Below are positions 8,282 to 17,974 of a DNA stretch of 64,000 bases, one piece after another. Positions within the stretch are counted from its first letter, which is position 1. Each line of letters starts with the position of its first letter. Source of the DNA: Spirochaetota bacterium (GTDB lineage Bacteria; Spirochaetota; Spirochaetia; Treponematales; UBA12059); assembly GCA_031402655.1 (NCBI GenBank), contig JANNSO010000139.1, positions 3,120-67,119 of the forward strand. The letters run 5' to 3'. The translations under genes and the position numbers were made by a program. The notes beneath the pieces are model-generated. The model saw only the letters and a program-made list of their open reading frames with translations. It made no database searches and was not told where the DNA came from.

Positions 8282-9388
8282 ATGACAATGAAGGAAAACC
8301 AGGCGTTTCTCGAGCAGCAGCTCATCACCTATATCGGAAACAAGCGCTCATTGCTCGGATTCATATCCGAGGGGGTCAGCGCGGTAAAAAGCCGTCTGGG
8401 TAAAGAAAAATTATCATGCCTTGACATGTTTTCCGGCTCTGGCATAGTATCGCGCTTCCTTAAAGGGCACTCGCACAGCCTCGCCAGCAACGACATGGAA
8501 GAATACTCGAAGGTAATCAACACCTGCTATCTTCGCAATCGCGAAGAGCTGGACATGGCGGCGCTTGAAGACTACCACTGGCTGCTCAAGCGGCGGCTGC
8601 AGGAAATTCCCTTACGCCGCGGATTCATCAGCGAATTGTACGCCCCGCAGGAAAATAACGCCATACAAGACGGCGAACGGGTTTTCTATACCAGCAGAAA
8701 CGCGATGTACCTCGATACGGCCAGGCAATACATCCAGGAAATCCCCGAAGAGCTTCGATGCTTTTTCCTTGCGCCTTTGCTTTCCGAGGCTTCGATTCAC
8801 GCTAACACCTCGGGTGTTTTCAAGGGATTCTACAAAGACAAAGTGACGGGACTAGGCTGTTTCGGCGGCACTAACGGCGATGCCCACAGCCGGATACTCG
8901 GCGATATTTCCCTGCCATTTCCGGTATTCAGCGATTTCAGCTGCGACGTGCAGGTGCATTGCGCCGAAGCCAACGCACTCGCTCCCAGCCTGGCGGAAGT
9001 CGATCTCGCCTACCTGGACCCCCCGTACAACCAGCATCCGTACGGCTCAAACTACTTTATGCTCAATCTTCTCGCCGACTACGCCAGGCCTTCGGCAACC
9101 AGCGCGATTTCCGGGATTCCCCATGACTGGAAACGCTCCGATTTCAACAAAAAGCAGAATGCGCTCACCAGCCTCATAAGCCTTTGCACGAGTCTTAAAG
9201 CCGGATTCCTGCTTATTTCGTTTAACTCGGAAGGCTTTATTTCCTTGGAGGAAATGACCAGGGCTCTTGAAAATTTGGGCAAAGTGACTATACTAGAGAA
9301 AAAATATAACACCTTCCGCGGCAGCAGAAACCTGCGCGCGCGCGAAAAACACGTCAAGGAATACCTGTATCTGGTGGAGAAATCATGA
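8282..9388 (+). CDS. D12-class N6-adenine DNA methyltransferase (orphan)
   Basis: YIGNK, DMFSGSG (motif I), YLDPPYN (motif IV), SFNSEG; layout resembles the M.NlaIII/M.HpyI type. Confidence 0.88.
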   Translation: MTMKENQAFLEQQLITYIGNKRSLLGFISEGVSAVKSRLGKEKLSCLDMFSGSGIVSRFLKGHSHSLASNDMEEYSKVINTCYLRNREELDMAALEDYHWLLKRRLQEIPLRRGFISELYAPQENNAIQDGERVFYTSRNAMYLDTARQYIQEIPEELRCFFLAPLLSEASIHANTSGVFKGFYKDKVTGLGCFGGTNGDAHSRILGDISLPFPVFSDFSCDVQVHCAEANALAPSLAEVDLAYLDPPYNQHPYGSNYFMLNLLADYARPSATSAISGIPHDWKRSDFNKKQNALTSLISLCTSLKAGFLLISFNSEGFISLEEMTRALENLGKVTILEKKYNTFRGSRNLRAREKHVKEYLYLVEKS

Positions 9389-10416
9389 GACATAAGCTAA
9401 CCATAACCTGCGCAAGCCTGATGCTGCTTTGCCTTGCAGCATGCACTCGGAACACCGGAAACCGCGAACGCAGCGATTTTGTCCTGGGCACGGTTTGCTC
9501 GGTGCGCCTGCTGGACGGTGGCAGCGAAAAAGCCCTCGATGCCGTGTTTACCCGGCTGCGGGAAATAGAAAACTCCATGAGCGCCAACACCCAAACCAGC
9601 ACCGTGGCCGGGATCAACGCCCAGGCCGGCATAGCCCCGGTAAAGGCCGGCGCGGATCTCATATACGTCGTGGAGAAAGCGCTGCACTACGCTAAAATTT
9701 CGGGTGGAGCCTTCGACCCGACCATAGGAATCGTCGTGAAGCTCTGGAATATCGGCCTCGACGGAGAACGCGTCCCCGAGGCTCGGGAAATCAAGGACGC
9801 TCTCCCCCTTGTAGATTATAAACTAGTCACGGTCGACAAAAACGCGGGCACCGTGTATCTGCAAAAAAAAGGGATGCGCCTGGACCTTGGCGCCATCGCC
9901 AAAGGCTATGCGGCGGACGAGGCTTCCAGGATACTTCAGCAGTTTGGAACAAAAGCGGCCGTAGTAGACCTGGGCGGAAATATAAAGGTGCTGGGCCGGA
10001 AGCCCGACAAGTCTCCCTGGAAAATCGGCGTGCAAAATCCATTTGACATGAGAGGCAACCATATCGGGCTCGTCAAATTCGAAAATCCCTCAACCGTCGT
10101 TACCAGCGGCATTTACGAACGCTATTTTACGGCAGAAGACGGCACGAGCTACCACCACATACTTAACCCGAAAGACGGATACCCCGTAAGCAACGGCCTG
10201 GCATCGGTCAGCATATTTACCGAATCCTCCATTGACGCGGACGGGCTCTCCACGTCGTTGTTTGCCCTTGGCCTCGAAAAAGGCCGAGCACTGGCGGAAA
10301 GCATTCCCGGGGTTTACGCGGTATTCATCGACACAGAAAAAAAGGTTTACGGAAGCGCAGGAAGCGAAGCGCTGTTTACGCTGAGCGACGAAAAATTCAC
10401 CCTGATAAAAAAATAG
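9385..10416 (+). CDS. apbE: FAD:protein FMN transferase lipoprotein
   Basis: Lipobox LAAC; GAFDPTIG, LDLGAIAKGY, TSGIYERY, YHHILNP, ADGLST. Confidence 0.93.
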   Translation: MRHKLTITCASLMLLCLAACTRNTGNRERSDFVLGTVCSVRLLDGGSEKALDAVFTRLREIENSMSANTQTSTVAGINAQAGIAPVKAGADLIYVVEKALHYAKISGGAFDPTIGIVVKLWNIGLDGERVPEAREIKDALPLVDYKLVTVDKNAGTVYLQKKGMRLDLGAIAKGYAADEASRILQQFGTKAAVVDLGGNIKVLGRKPDKSPWKIGVQNPFDMRGNHIGLVKFENPSTVVTSGIYERYFTAEDGTSYHHILNPKDGYPVSNGLASVSIFTESSIDADGLSTSLFALGLEKGRALAESIPGVYAVFIDTEKKVYGSAGSEALFTLSDEKFTLIKK

Positions 10417-10447
10417 CAGGCCAGGAGCCAGGCAGCCTTATCGGCTG

Positions 10448-11344
10448 TCAGAGGCTCGCGGCCGGTTTTTCCGCCAGCTTCAAGCGCAGAAAAAGCCAGG
10501 GAGCCCCCAGGCTAACCCATAGGCCCAGAAGCGCATAACGAACAAAACGTCCCATCGCGTACAAAGCCTCTTCCTGGCCCGGAGCGGCAATTTTGCCCAA
10601 ACCATAAATTATGCCCAGTCCGGCAAGCCCCAAAGCGAGCCTGAGCAATTTCCGTCCCGGGCTTCCGCTGCGCGCGCTGAACCTGACCCTGGTAAACAGT
10701 ATCGCGGCGCCAACGGCCGTTCCAAAAAAAACGCCCGGCATCGACGTGTCATTCATATTCAAGGCATTCATGCTTAAAGCAAGCACTGCGGCAATGATGA
10801 TTTGCCTCCTCATGCCCGCCTTGGAAATAAAGCTTTCCACTCGATGGCCAAAAACCATCCACAGCACAACGATGCCGTATCCCAGGACCCAACCCGCCAT
10901 GACATCCGAAGGATAATGGACTCCAAGATAAACCCTCGTAAAACCGATGAGAATGGGTGCAAAAATCGCAAGTAGTAAACCCCAGGGTTTCTTGATGTAG
11001 GGAGCAAGAAAACCCCACAGCGTGGAGCTTCCCTGGGCGTGACCCGAGGGAAGGCTGTAGCTTGAATCGCTGGACAAGCCGACGGATGGATCGACTTGAT
11101 ACGGCCTCAATTGCTTAAACACATCCTTGAGCCACAAGTTTACGAAACTGGAGAACATGACGATAAGGCCAAGACGCGTCCCGATTTTCTCGTCGATGCA
11201 CCAAAAAACTATCGGCAAGAGCATCAGGTAGAAATACTCGGAGCCGGCAAGCGTAATAAAACGCATGGCTTCGGTAAGCGAGGGACTTCCTGCCGATTGA
11301 ATCGAACGTATTATGTCCATGCCCCAGGATAAAACGGAATCCAT
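10448..11344 (-). CDS. PAP2-family membrane phosphatase
   Basis: K-x6-RP, PSGHA, TRVYLGVHYPSD. Confidence 0.9.
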   Translation of the reverse strand: MDSVLSWGMDIIRSIQSAGSPSLTEAMRFITLAGSEYFYLMLLPIVFWCIDEKIGTRLGLIVMFSSFVNLWLKDVFKQLRPYQVDPSVGLSSDSSYSLPSGHAQGSSTLWGFLAPYIKKPWGLLLAIFAPILIGFTRVYLGVHYPSDVMAGWVLGYGIVVLWMVFGHRVESFISKAGMRRQIIIAAVLALSMNALNMNDTSMPGVFFGTAVGAAILFTRVRFSARSGSPGRKLLRLALGLAGLGIIYGLGKIAAPGQEEALYAMGRFVRYALLGLWVSLGAPWLFLRLKLAEKPAASL

Positions 11345-11370
11345 GCTGCCTCCACGATTTGCAACGTGGT

Positions 11371-13434
11371 TTATTTTACATTCAATGGCCTGGCATTTGC
11401 AAGCATGGCCGCATAGTCCGCCTCGGGTACCGGCTTGGAAAACAGGTAACCCTGGAAGGAGTCGCAGAAAATCGTGTCCAGGAAGCGCAGCTGCTCATGC
11501 TTTTCCACGCCTTCCGCCACGACGGAAAAACTTAAGGTGTGGGCAAGGTCCACAATCGCCGATGCGATGATGCTGGCTCTCCGGTCATTGGGCAGCGGAT
11601 CGACGAAGGTCTTGTCCATCTTAACCGTGTCGATGGGATAATCCTTGAGCTTGGAAAAAGAGCTGTAGCCTGTTCCAAAATCATCGATGGAAACGCTCAC
11701 GCCCAGCTTCCTCAGTTCCAAAAGTTTTTTTATGCCTTCCTTCTCGTTTTCCATGATGCCGCTCTCCGTTATCTCAAGCTCGATAAGCGAAGGATGGATC
11801 CCCGACAGCCGCAAGGCCGTTTCTATGTCGCCAACGAGACAATCCTGGGCAAATTGCCTGGTGGAAAGGTTTACCGAAACAGGCACATTCGTGAGTCCTC
11901 TTTTTTTCCATGACGCTATGGAATCGCAGGTCATGTTCAGCATAAGCGCGCCAATCTTGTCTATGGATCCCGACTTTTCGGCTACATCGATAAAATAGCC
12001 AGGCGGCTTTATTTCGCCGCTCGGCAGGCGCCAGCGCACGAGGGCTTCCGCCCCGACGATATAACCGTCGCGGTTTACCTTGGGCTGGAAAAAAGGCTCG
12101 AACTGGTTCAGCTTTATGGCTATGGCCAAATCCGCCTCGATTTTCTGCCGCTCCAAAATCTGGCCGTTCAGCTTTGAATCGTACAGGCGATATACATCCC
12201 GGCCGGACTCCTTGGCCATGTACAGGGCGGTTTCCGCGTTCCGCACGATCTCCGCCCCTTCCTTGCCGTCGTTCGGATAGATTGACAGGCCAAAGGATGC
12301 CGTAAGCACAATGCTGAGACCCTCCACCGCAAAAGGCAGGGTGAATGCCGAGCGGGCCTTGTCCAGGATGTCGTTGATGTTGTCCGGGGACTTAAGCTCC
12401 GGAAAGAGCACGAAGAATTTATCACCCCGATATCGGGCAAGCACATCGTCCTCGCGGAACGAGAGGCGAAGCCTCTGTGCGATATCAGTTAATATTTTAT
12501 CGCCAATAGCCGTGCCGTGCATATCGTTTACCCGGATAAACCTGTCCACGCCGATGGCCATAACGGCGAATATCCGTCCGCGGTTCTCCGCCACGTTAAT
12601 GGCCCGCTCCACCGCAAGCATGAAACCATCCTTGTTCAGCAGCCTGGTAAGAGTATCGAAGTTGGCATAGAACTCTGCTCGCTCCTCCGCATGCTTTTCC
12701 CTGGAGACATCCTTAAGGTTGACAAGCACCCCCGCGATATCCTCATGGGAAATCTGGTTTGCGATGTGCATTTCCACGTGCAGATTCTTGCCGTCGGCCC
12801 GTTTCAACGAAAAAGCCATGATAAAAGACGGCTCTCCCGCATGCAGCGAACGCAAAAAGGAAGCATGCAGCAAGCCCTCCGCGTCATCGGCGAGCAGCGA
12901 GAAAAACTCCTGCCCTTCCAGTTTTGCCAAAGGAAACCCCGCGAGAGCCAGATCTCCTCCCGCAAAACGGACACTTCCGTCCGGTTCAAGAAGAAGTACC
13001 ATATCCTTGCTATGCGCAAGGATACTCGCCATGAGCGATTCATTTCTGCGCTTGGCTCGCCTGGCGGCTTCGCTCTCTGCTTTTGACGTTTCGGACTCGA
13101 CCAGCGCGGCATCCCGTCGTTCAAGTGCCTTGGCGCACGCGGTACCCGCCCTTTGCAGGATTCCCCTGCTGACCACAATCCAGGAAATCAGCGACCCGGA
13201 AAGTCCGAGTGCGGCTAAACCCTGAAAACTCAGTCTTGATCCGCCGGAATTTGCCGATAAAACGGCTATGCAGGCAAAAGATATAATAGAAGAAACGAAG
13301 CCAAGCAACGAATAAAATGAAAACCAGCTTAAAAACCGGGACGTTCGCCTCTTGGCCACAGCCGGGCTGCTCTGCGAGTTACTGGATTCCAATTTATCCA
13401 AAGATCTAAAAAAATCGTGAGTACTGCTGTTCAT
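11371..13434 (-). CDS. membrane PAS-GGDEF-EAL protein (likely c-di-GMP phosphodiesterase)
   Basis: Two TM helices, PAS, degenerate RYRGDKF, EALVRW, DDFGTGYSS, EGVE, QGYLFSKP. Confidence 0.88.
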   Translation of the reverse strand: MNSSTHDFFRSLDKLESSNSQSSPAVAKRRTSRFLSWFSFYSLLGFVSSIISFACIAVLSANSGGSRLSFQGLAALGLSGSLISWIVVSRGILQRAGTACAKALERRDAALVESETSKAESEAARRAKRRNESLMASILAHSKDMVLLLEPDGSVRFAGGDLALAGFPLAKLEGQEFFSLLADDAEGLLHASFLRSLHAGEPSFIMAFSLKRADGKNLHVEMHIANQISHEDIAGVLVNLKDVSREKHAEERAEFYANFDTLTRLLNKDGFMLAVERAINVAENRGRIFAVMAIGVDRFIRVNDMHGTAIGDKILTDIAQRLRLSFREDDVLARYRGDKFFVLFPELKSPDNINDILDKARSAFTLPFAVEGLSIVLTASFGLSIYPNDGKEGAEIVRNAETALYMAKESGRDVYRLYDSKLNGQILERQKIEADLAIAIKLNQFEPFFQPKVNRDGYIVGAEALVRWRLPSGEIKPPGYFIDVAEKSGSIDKIGALMLNMTCDSIASWKKRGLTNVPVSVNLSTRQFAQDCLVGDIETALRLSGIHPSLIELEITESGIMENEKEGIKKLLELRKLGVSVSIDDFGTGYSSFSKLKDYPIDTVKMDKTFVDPLPNDRRASIIASAIVDLAHTLSFSVVAEGVEKHEQLRFLDTIFCDSFQGYLFSKPVPEADYAAMLANARPLNVK

Positions 13435-13497
13435 AAAACCAAGCTTAAGCAATTTTTTCCCGGAACGCAAGGATAACGGGCGTCTTTTTCCCCCTAA

Positions 13498-13626
13498 CAG
13501 GGTGTTGAAAAACCTCGGATGAGGATTTTCAACACTTCCAAAATGTAACATTACCGTAGCCTTTGCAATCAAATGCGAGGAATGTTGAAGGCTGTTGACA
13601 AAGCAACAAGCTTATTCAACAGCCTG
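13498..13626. mobile_element. 129-bp MITE with 15-bp TIRs and CTAA target duplication
   Basis: CAGGGTGTTGAAAAA / CAGGCTGTTGAATAA (13/15); ctaa at 13494-13497 and 13627-13630. Confidence 0.72.
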
Positions 13627-13695
13627 CTAAGCAGATACCTGGTTTTTCGAGGTCCACTATTGTTAATCGCGACGAAGGAGTATATCCTCGGATGC

Positions 13696-14490
13696 ATGAA
13701 ATCCGTCTTTAATCTGAGCTGCATTTGCATGGTTCTCTCGTGCTTTTCCTGTTCTGCCGACGACGAGGTCAGGTCGCAGGCAGCAATTTCCACCATACAT
13801 CCCCGTTTTAAAAAAGTTACTGCCGCTCTCCTTGCTATTCCGCTGGATGTAGCTGAAAAAGTTGCCGCGAGAGTCCAGTCGGCTCCTGCAGGTTTTTTTT
13901 TATTGCTGGAAGATTCTTCGAAAACCGGCGACTTATTGTGGTTAGTGGATAAAAAACACCCTCTAGCCCGTGATTTCGTCCCGACAGACCTTATTTCCCT
14001 CAACGATTTTAGCCTTTCCCTTACCCGCAACGATCTCCAATTGCGAAAAATTGTAATTCCCGATTTTCTGGCCATGGTTACAGCCGCTAAAACGGACAAG
14101 GTTAGCCTGGTTTTCGCTTCTTCGTATCGATCCTGGAGCTACCAGAAAAAAGTCTTCGAGCGCAACGTAGCCGAGTCGGGCTTGGCGGAGGCAAACCGGG
14201 TTTCCGCCCAGCCCGGCCAATCACAGCACCAGCTGGGTACGGCCTTCGACATGAACCCCATCGAAAATTCGTTTGCGGCAACGCCGGCTGGTGCATGGAT
14301 GCGGATGAATGCCTGGAAATACGGCTTTTCCCTTTCCTATCCGCAGGGTTACGAGAGCGTAACCGGGTATGACTGGGAAAGTTGGCATTTCAGGTACATT
14401 GGGAAAGCGGCGTCAAAACTCCAGATGGAATACTTCGATAACATCCAGCAATATTTCCTGGAATTCTGGAAGGCGTACACTACGCCTTGA
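13696..14490 (+). CDS. M15B D-Ala-D-Ala carboxypeptidase (VanY-like)
   Basis: SSYRSWSYQ, SAQPGQSQHQLGTAFD, WESWHFRYIG. Confidence 0.9.
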   Translation: MKSVFNLSCICMVLSCFSCSADDEVRSQAAISTIHPRFKKVTAALLAIPLDVAEKVAARVQSAPAGFFLLLEDSSKTGDLLWLVDKKHPLARDFVPTDLISLNDFSLSLTRNDLQLRKIVIPDFLAMVTAAKTDKVSLVFASSYRSWSYQKKVFERNVAESGLAEANRVSAQPGQSQHQLGTAFDMNPIENSFAATPAGAWMRMNAWKYGFSLSYPQGYESVTGYDWESWHFRYIGKAASKLQMEYFDNIQQYFLEFWKAYTTP

Positions 14491-14529
14491 GCCCAGAACC
14501 AAATGCCCCGGACAGTTGCCCGGGCAAGC

Positions 14530-16059
14530 TTATCGGGACGATACGCCGATCGGCTCGCGCTGCTTGCTTGCTTCCTGCTTAAAAGCGCTGGAGAATTGCT
14601 CCACCGCTTTTACAAACTGCTTTTCGTTCAGGAAGCCAAAGTCCTGCAGCACCAGCTTATCGATTTGATCCCAGGTTATGGAACCTTTCTCGAAATCGCA
14701 GAACACATTGGCCATATACACGGTAAAGGCGATATCCTTGAAGTCGGTGGTCATAAGGGAAGGCTCGTGGTGGAAGCGTATGGCTGCGATGAGGGAATCG
14801 GGAAAATTCCATTTTTCCGCGACGCGGGCGCCTATCTCAGCATGGTTCATTCCTCCGGATAGATCCTCAAAGGTCCGCTGGTCTATGCCCTTGGATGTGC
14901 AAAACGCCTTTATATGATCCAGAAGTTCGGGATGCACGGCCGAAAAGACGATTTTACCCATATCGTGAAGCATGCCGCCAACATAGGCATCATCATGCAG
15001 CAGGCGATTGTTCGGCTTGAAGTTCTTAGCCAGGTTGTAGGCAAAATAGGCGCATCGATAACTGTGATCCCAGAGGGCTTTTTGGTCGATACCCTTCTCA
15101 TGTGCCAGAATTTTCTGCGAACCATAGGAAAAAAGCAGATTCTTGATTCCGCGCAAGCCTACCAGCTTTACGGCATCCACGATATTGTCTACTTTGCGAG
15201 GCAGCATGAATTGTGCGGAATTGACCAGCTTGAGCAAATCCGCAGTCATGGCGGGATCGGTTGAAATATGCCGCGCAATGGTTATCATCTCGGACTTCGG
15301 GTCCCCGATAAGGCGTTGTATCGTCAAAATATTCTCGGGGAAATGCGGCAGGCTGGAAATACGGCTTACAATCTCGTCGGTAAGCAGGGAAAGGCTCTCG
15401 ATCTTGGTGGAGTTTACCGGTACCGTGATGCGGGAAACCGTTTCGCCGTTATCTACGCGTATATCGAAGCACTCTTCTTCAAGCCCCATTTTTTTTAGCA
15501 TCAAAACAAGTATTACCAGGCCGAGGCCGGCGCCTTCTGAGGCATCCAATACCTGGGACATGGCTTCTTCAAGGGTTGTATATTTGCGGGAACGCGCAAG
15601 TTTATCTTGGATTCGTATGAATTCCGTCTTGGTTATCTCGGCGTTGTTCCGGACTTCCAGAACGACATTCGAACCGCGAGCCTGAAAAATAATCTTTATG
15701 TAATACTGCTTTTCTTTCTGTTTCTGCAGATACCAGGCGATATTGTCCATGGTGTCCGTCTTAAAACTGCGCATTCCTTCTTCATATTCCGAGGGATCGG
15801 TTAAATTAAGCCCGCGTGACTCGAAATACACGCGCTTCGTGTTGGCTTTTTTGGCATTTACCGCCAACTCGCGAAGACAATAGACCAAATAATCCTTGAT
15901 CTTGGACTGCCCCAGCTCATTGAGAAAAACATCAAGCACTTCCTCCATGTAAACTTCAATCTCATGGGGAAGTGTATAGGTGGTAATAGTCAAAGGGACG
16001 GCACTGTGCGCCGCCTTTTTTATTCGTGCTACATCAACAACAAGCTCTGAACCTGCCAT
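14530..16059 (-). CDS. HDOD-domain protein with N-terminal GHKL-like ATPase domain
   Basis: DPAMTADLLKLVNSA, LWDHS, GMLHDMGK, HAEIGA...W; N-terminal ELAVNA and GAGLGL boxes. Confidence 0.85.
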   Translation of the reverse strand: MAGSELVVDVARIKKAAHSAVPLTITTYTLPHEIEVYMEEVLDVFLNELGQSKIKDYLVYCLRELAVNAKKANTKRVYFESRGLNLTDPSEYEEGMRSFKTDTMDNIAWYLQKQKEKQYYIKIIFQARGSNVVLEVRNNAEITKTEFIRIQDKLARSRKYTTLEEAMSQVLDASEGAGLGLVILVLMLKKMGLEEECFDIRVDNGETVSRITVPVNSTKIESLSLLTDEIVSRISSLPHFPENILTIQRLIGDPKSEMITIARHISTDPAMTADLLKLVNSAQFMLPRKVDNIVDAVKLVGLRGIKNLLFSYGSQKILAHEKGIDQKALWDHSYRCAYFAYNLAKNFKPNNRLLHDDAYVGGMLHDMGKIVFSAVHPELLDHIKAFCTSKGIDQRTFEDLSGGMNHAEIGARVAEKWNFPDSLIAAIRFHHEPSLMTTDFKDIAFTVYMANVFCDFEKGSITWDQIDKLVLQDFGFLNEKQFVKAVEQFSSAFKQEASKQREPIGVSSR

Positions 16060-16276
16060 ACTGAAACACCTTTCTAGTTCACTTAAAGAAAACTTGTAAA
16101 AATTTAGAATATTGAACATAAAATATGTAAGCGTACCTATTGAAAGATACTCGAAACTGAACTTATGCGCAACTCAAAACCACAAATTTTTTCTACACTA
16201 AGCCAGGAACCGTTTTCTTTGCTTCTATTTGCAGAATTAACTTGTGGATTCAGTTAACCTACTATAGAATTCGAGC

Positions 16277-17449
16277 ATGAAAAAACTTTTAATCATCGAC
16301 GATAACGACACAGACCTTCAAAGCATGGCTGCGCTACTTGCCGAAACCTATGCAATTAGTACCTGCACTTCCAATATCGAAGCAGCCAGGCTCCTGGATA
16401 TAGAGAAATTTGACTTCATCATCCTGGATCTATCAAAAAAGCCTGAAAGCTCCATCGTTTCCATCATTAGCTCTATTCACGGCTTAAGCTCCAGCACGCC
16501 TTTGCTGTGCATAGGGGCCGCCATTCAAGCTTCCATAATCGTGCTGGCCATAAAAGCCGGCGCGCATGACTTTATGGAAAAGCCTTTTACCGCAAATAAT
16601 CTCAAGGCAAAACTTTTATTGGCCGCATATCCCACAGATCTGAGGGAAAAAGCCACCGATTATAATTATAATGCACACAAAATACCGGCAATTATCGGCA
16701 GCAGCACGATAATCTCCACGATTTGCGAAACAATCAGGTTGTTCGCGAAGCATGATGCATCGGTCCTGATACTCGGCGAAAGCGGAACGGGAAAAGAGCT
16801 TGCGGCATCGGAAATCCATCGGCATTCCAAAAGAAGCGATAAGTCGTTCGTCCCAGTGGATTGCGCCTCGATTCCTGAACACCTCGCTGAAAGCTATCTG
16901 TTTGGAACAGAATTCGGAGCCTATACGGGATCTACCCGACGAAAGGGATTCTTCGAGGCTGCGGAAAGTGGCTCCCTATTTCTGGACGAGCTTGGCGTAC
17001 TGGCATTGCCTATTCAGGCAAAGCTGCTCCGTGTCCTGGAAACAAGGACGGGCAGCCGCATGGGGTCCCTTCACCTGCATAATTATGATGTGCGCCTCAT
17101 TTCTGCGACAAACGCGGCGAACCTCAACGACAGCGGGCAATTTCGCCGGGATTTGCTCCAACGCATCAATACGCTCGTGCTGGAAATGCCGCCTCTGAGG
17201 GCGCATCTGGAGGATATACCCGAAATAGCTATTTTTTTTCTGGCCAAATTCGACAGCAGGAAAGTTATCTCCGGACCGGCCATGCAAAAACTCCATGAAT
17301 GGCACTGGCCGGGAAATGTACGCGAGCTTAAAAACGTCATCGAAAAAGCGGTAGTATTCTCCGACGCCCGCGACACCATTTTGGACAGCGACATCCACAC
17401 CGACACCACCCCTCGGTGGGGAGTTATGCAGCAAAGCCTGCATTTATGA
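16277..17449 (+). CDS. sigma54-dependent response regulator (REC-AAA+), no C-terminal HTH
   Basis: IIDD, ILD, GESGTGKE, GAYTGS, LFLDE, WPGNVRELKN. Confidence 0.88.
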   Translation: MKKLLIIDDNDTDLQSMAALLAETYAISTCTSNIEAARLLDIEKFDFIILDLSKKPESSIVSIISSIHGLSSSTPLLCIGAAIQASIIVLAIKAGAHDFMEKPFTANNLKAKLLLAAYPTDLREKATDYNYNAHKIPAIIGSSTIISTICETIRLFAKHDASVLILGESGTGKELAASEIHRHSKRSDKSFVPVDCASIPEHLAESYLFGTEFGAYTGSTRRKGFFEAAESGSLFLDELGVLALPIQAKLLRVLETRTGSRMGSLHLHNYDVRLISATNAANLNDSGQFRRDLLQRINTLVLEMPPLRAHLEDIPEIAIFFLAKFDSRKVISGPAMQKLHEWHWPGNVRELKNVIEKAVVFSDARDTILDSDIHTDTTPRWGVMQQSLHL

Positions 17450-17464
17450 AGCGAAAGCTGTTCT

Positions 17465-17929
17465 TCAGTTCAGGCGAATTACGGCAAGGGCTTGCAAAAG
17501 GATAATGGGACTTCCATCCTGGAACCGGCTTAATTCGGGTTTTGAAACGACTACCATAATTCGCTTGCCTTCCGGTTTTGTAAGCAGCTCGGTAAAAACA
17601 GTATCTGAAAAACGCAAATAGACACGGTTCAGCACCAGTTTCGAGCTGCCTTCCCAGGCTCCGAAAAGCAGTTCCACGGTAATGCCGAAAGGCGCCTCGG
17701 ATTTTGCCGCCACGGTACCCAATGTTCCTGTCAGCAGCATATAGCTGCCCTGTTTTGCCGACAGGAGGACCGCTGCATTCTTATCGTTCGCGATGGCGGC
17801 TAAATCGGCAACGCTGGTTGCCATATCCAAGGTACCTGTTATGGTAGCCATCCCGATAATCGGACTCTGGGCAAGCGCCATGCATGAGACACAGCCCAGC
17901 ATTAAAAAAATAGCGATACAACGTTTCAT
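17465..17929 (-). CDS. secreted hypothetical protein
   Basis: Signal peptide MKRCIAIFLMLGCVSCMALA. Confidence 0.7.
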   Translation of the reverse strand: MKRCIAIFLMLGCVSCMALAQSPIIGMATITGTLDMATSVADLAAIANDKNAAVLLSAKQGSYMLLTGTLGTVAAKSEAPFGITVELLFGAWEGSSKLVLNRVYLRFSDTVFTELLTKPEGKRIMVVVSKPELSRFQDGSPIILLQALAVIRLN

Positions 17930-17974
17930 CCAATCCTCCGCTTCATGCCAGCGTACTCCCGCTACTCCATGGGG

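Noticed and set aside
13435-13695. N-terminal extensions of the EAL and VanY ORFs
   Set aside because: They read through the MITE; downstream starts fit better
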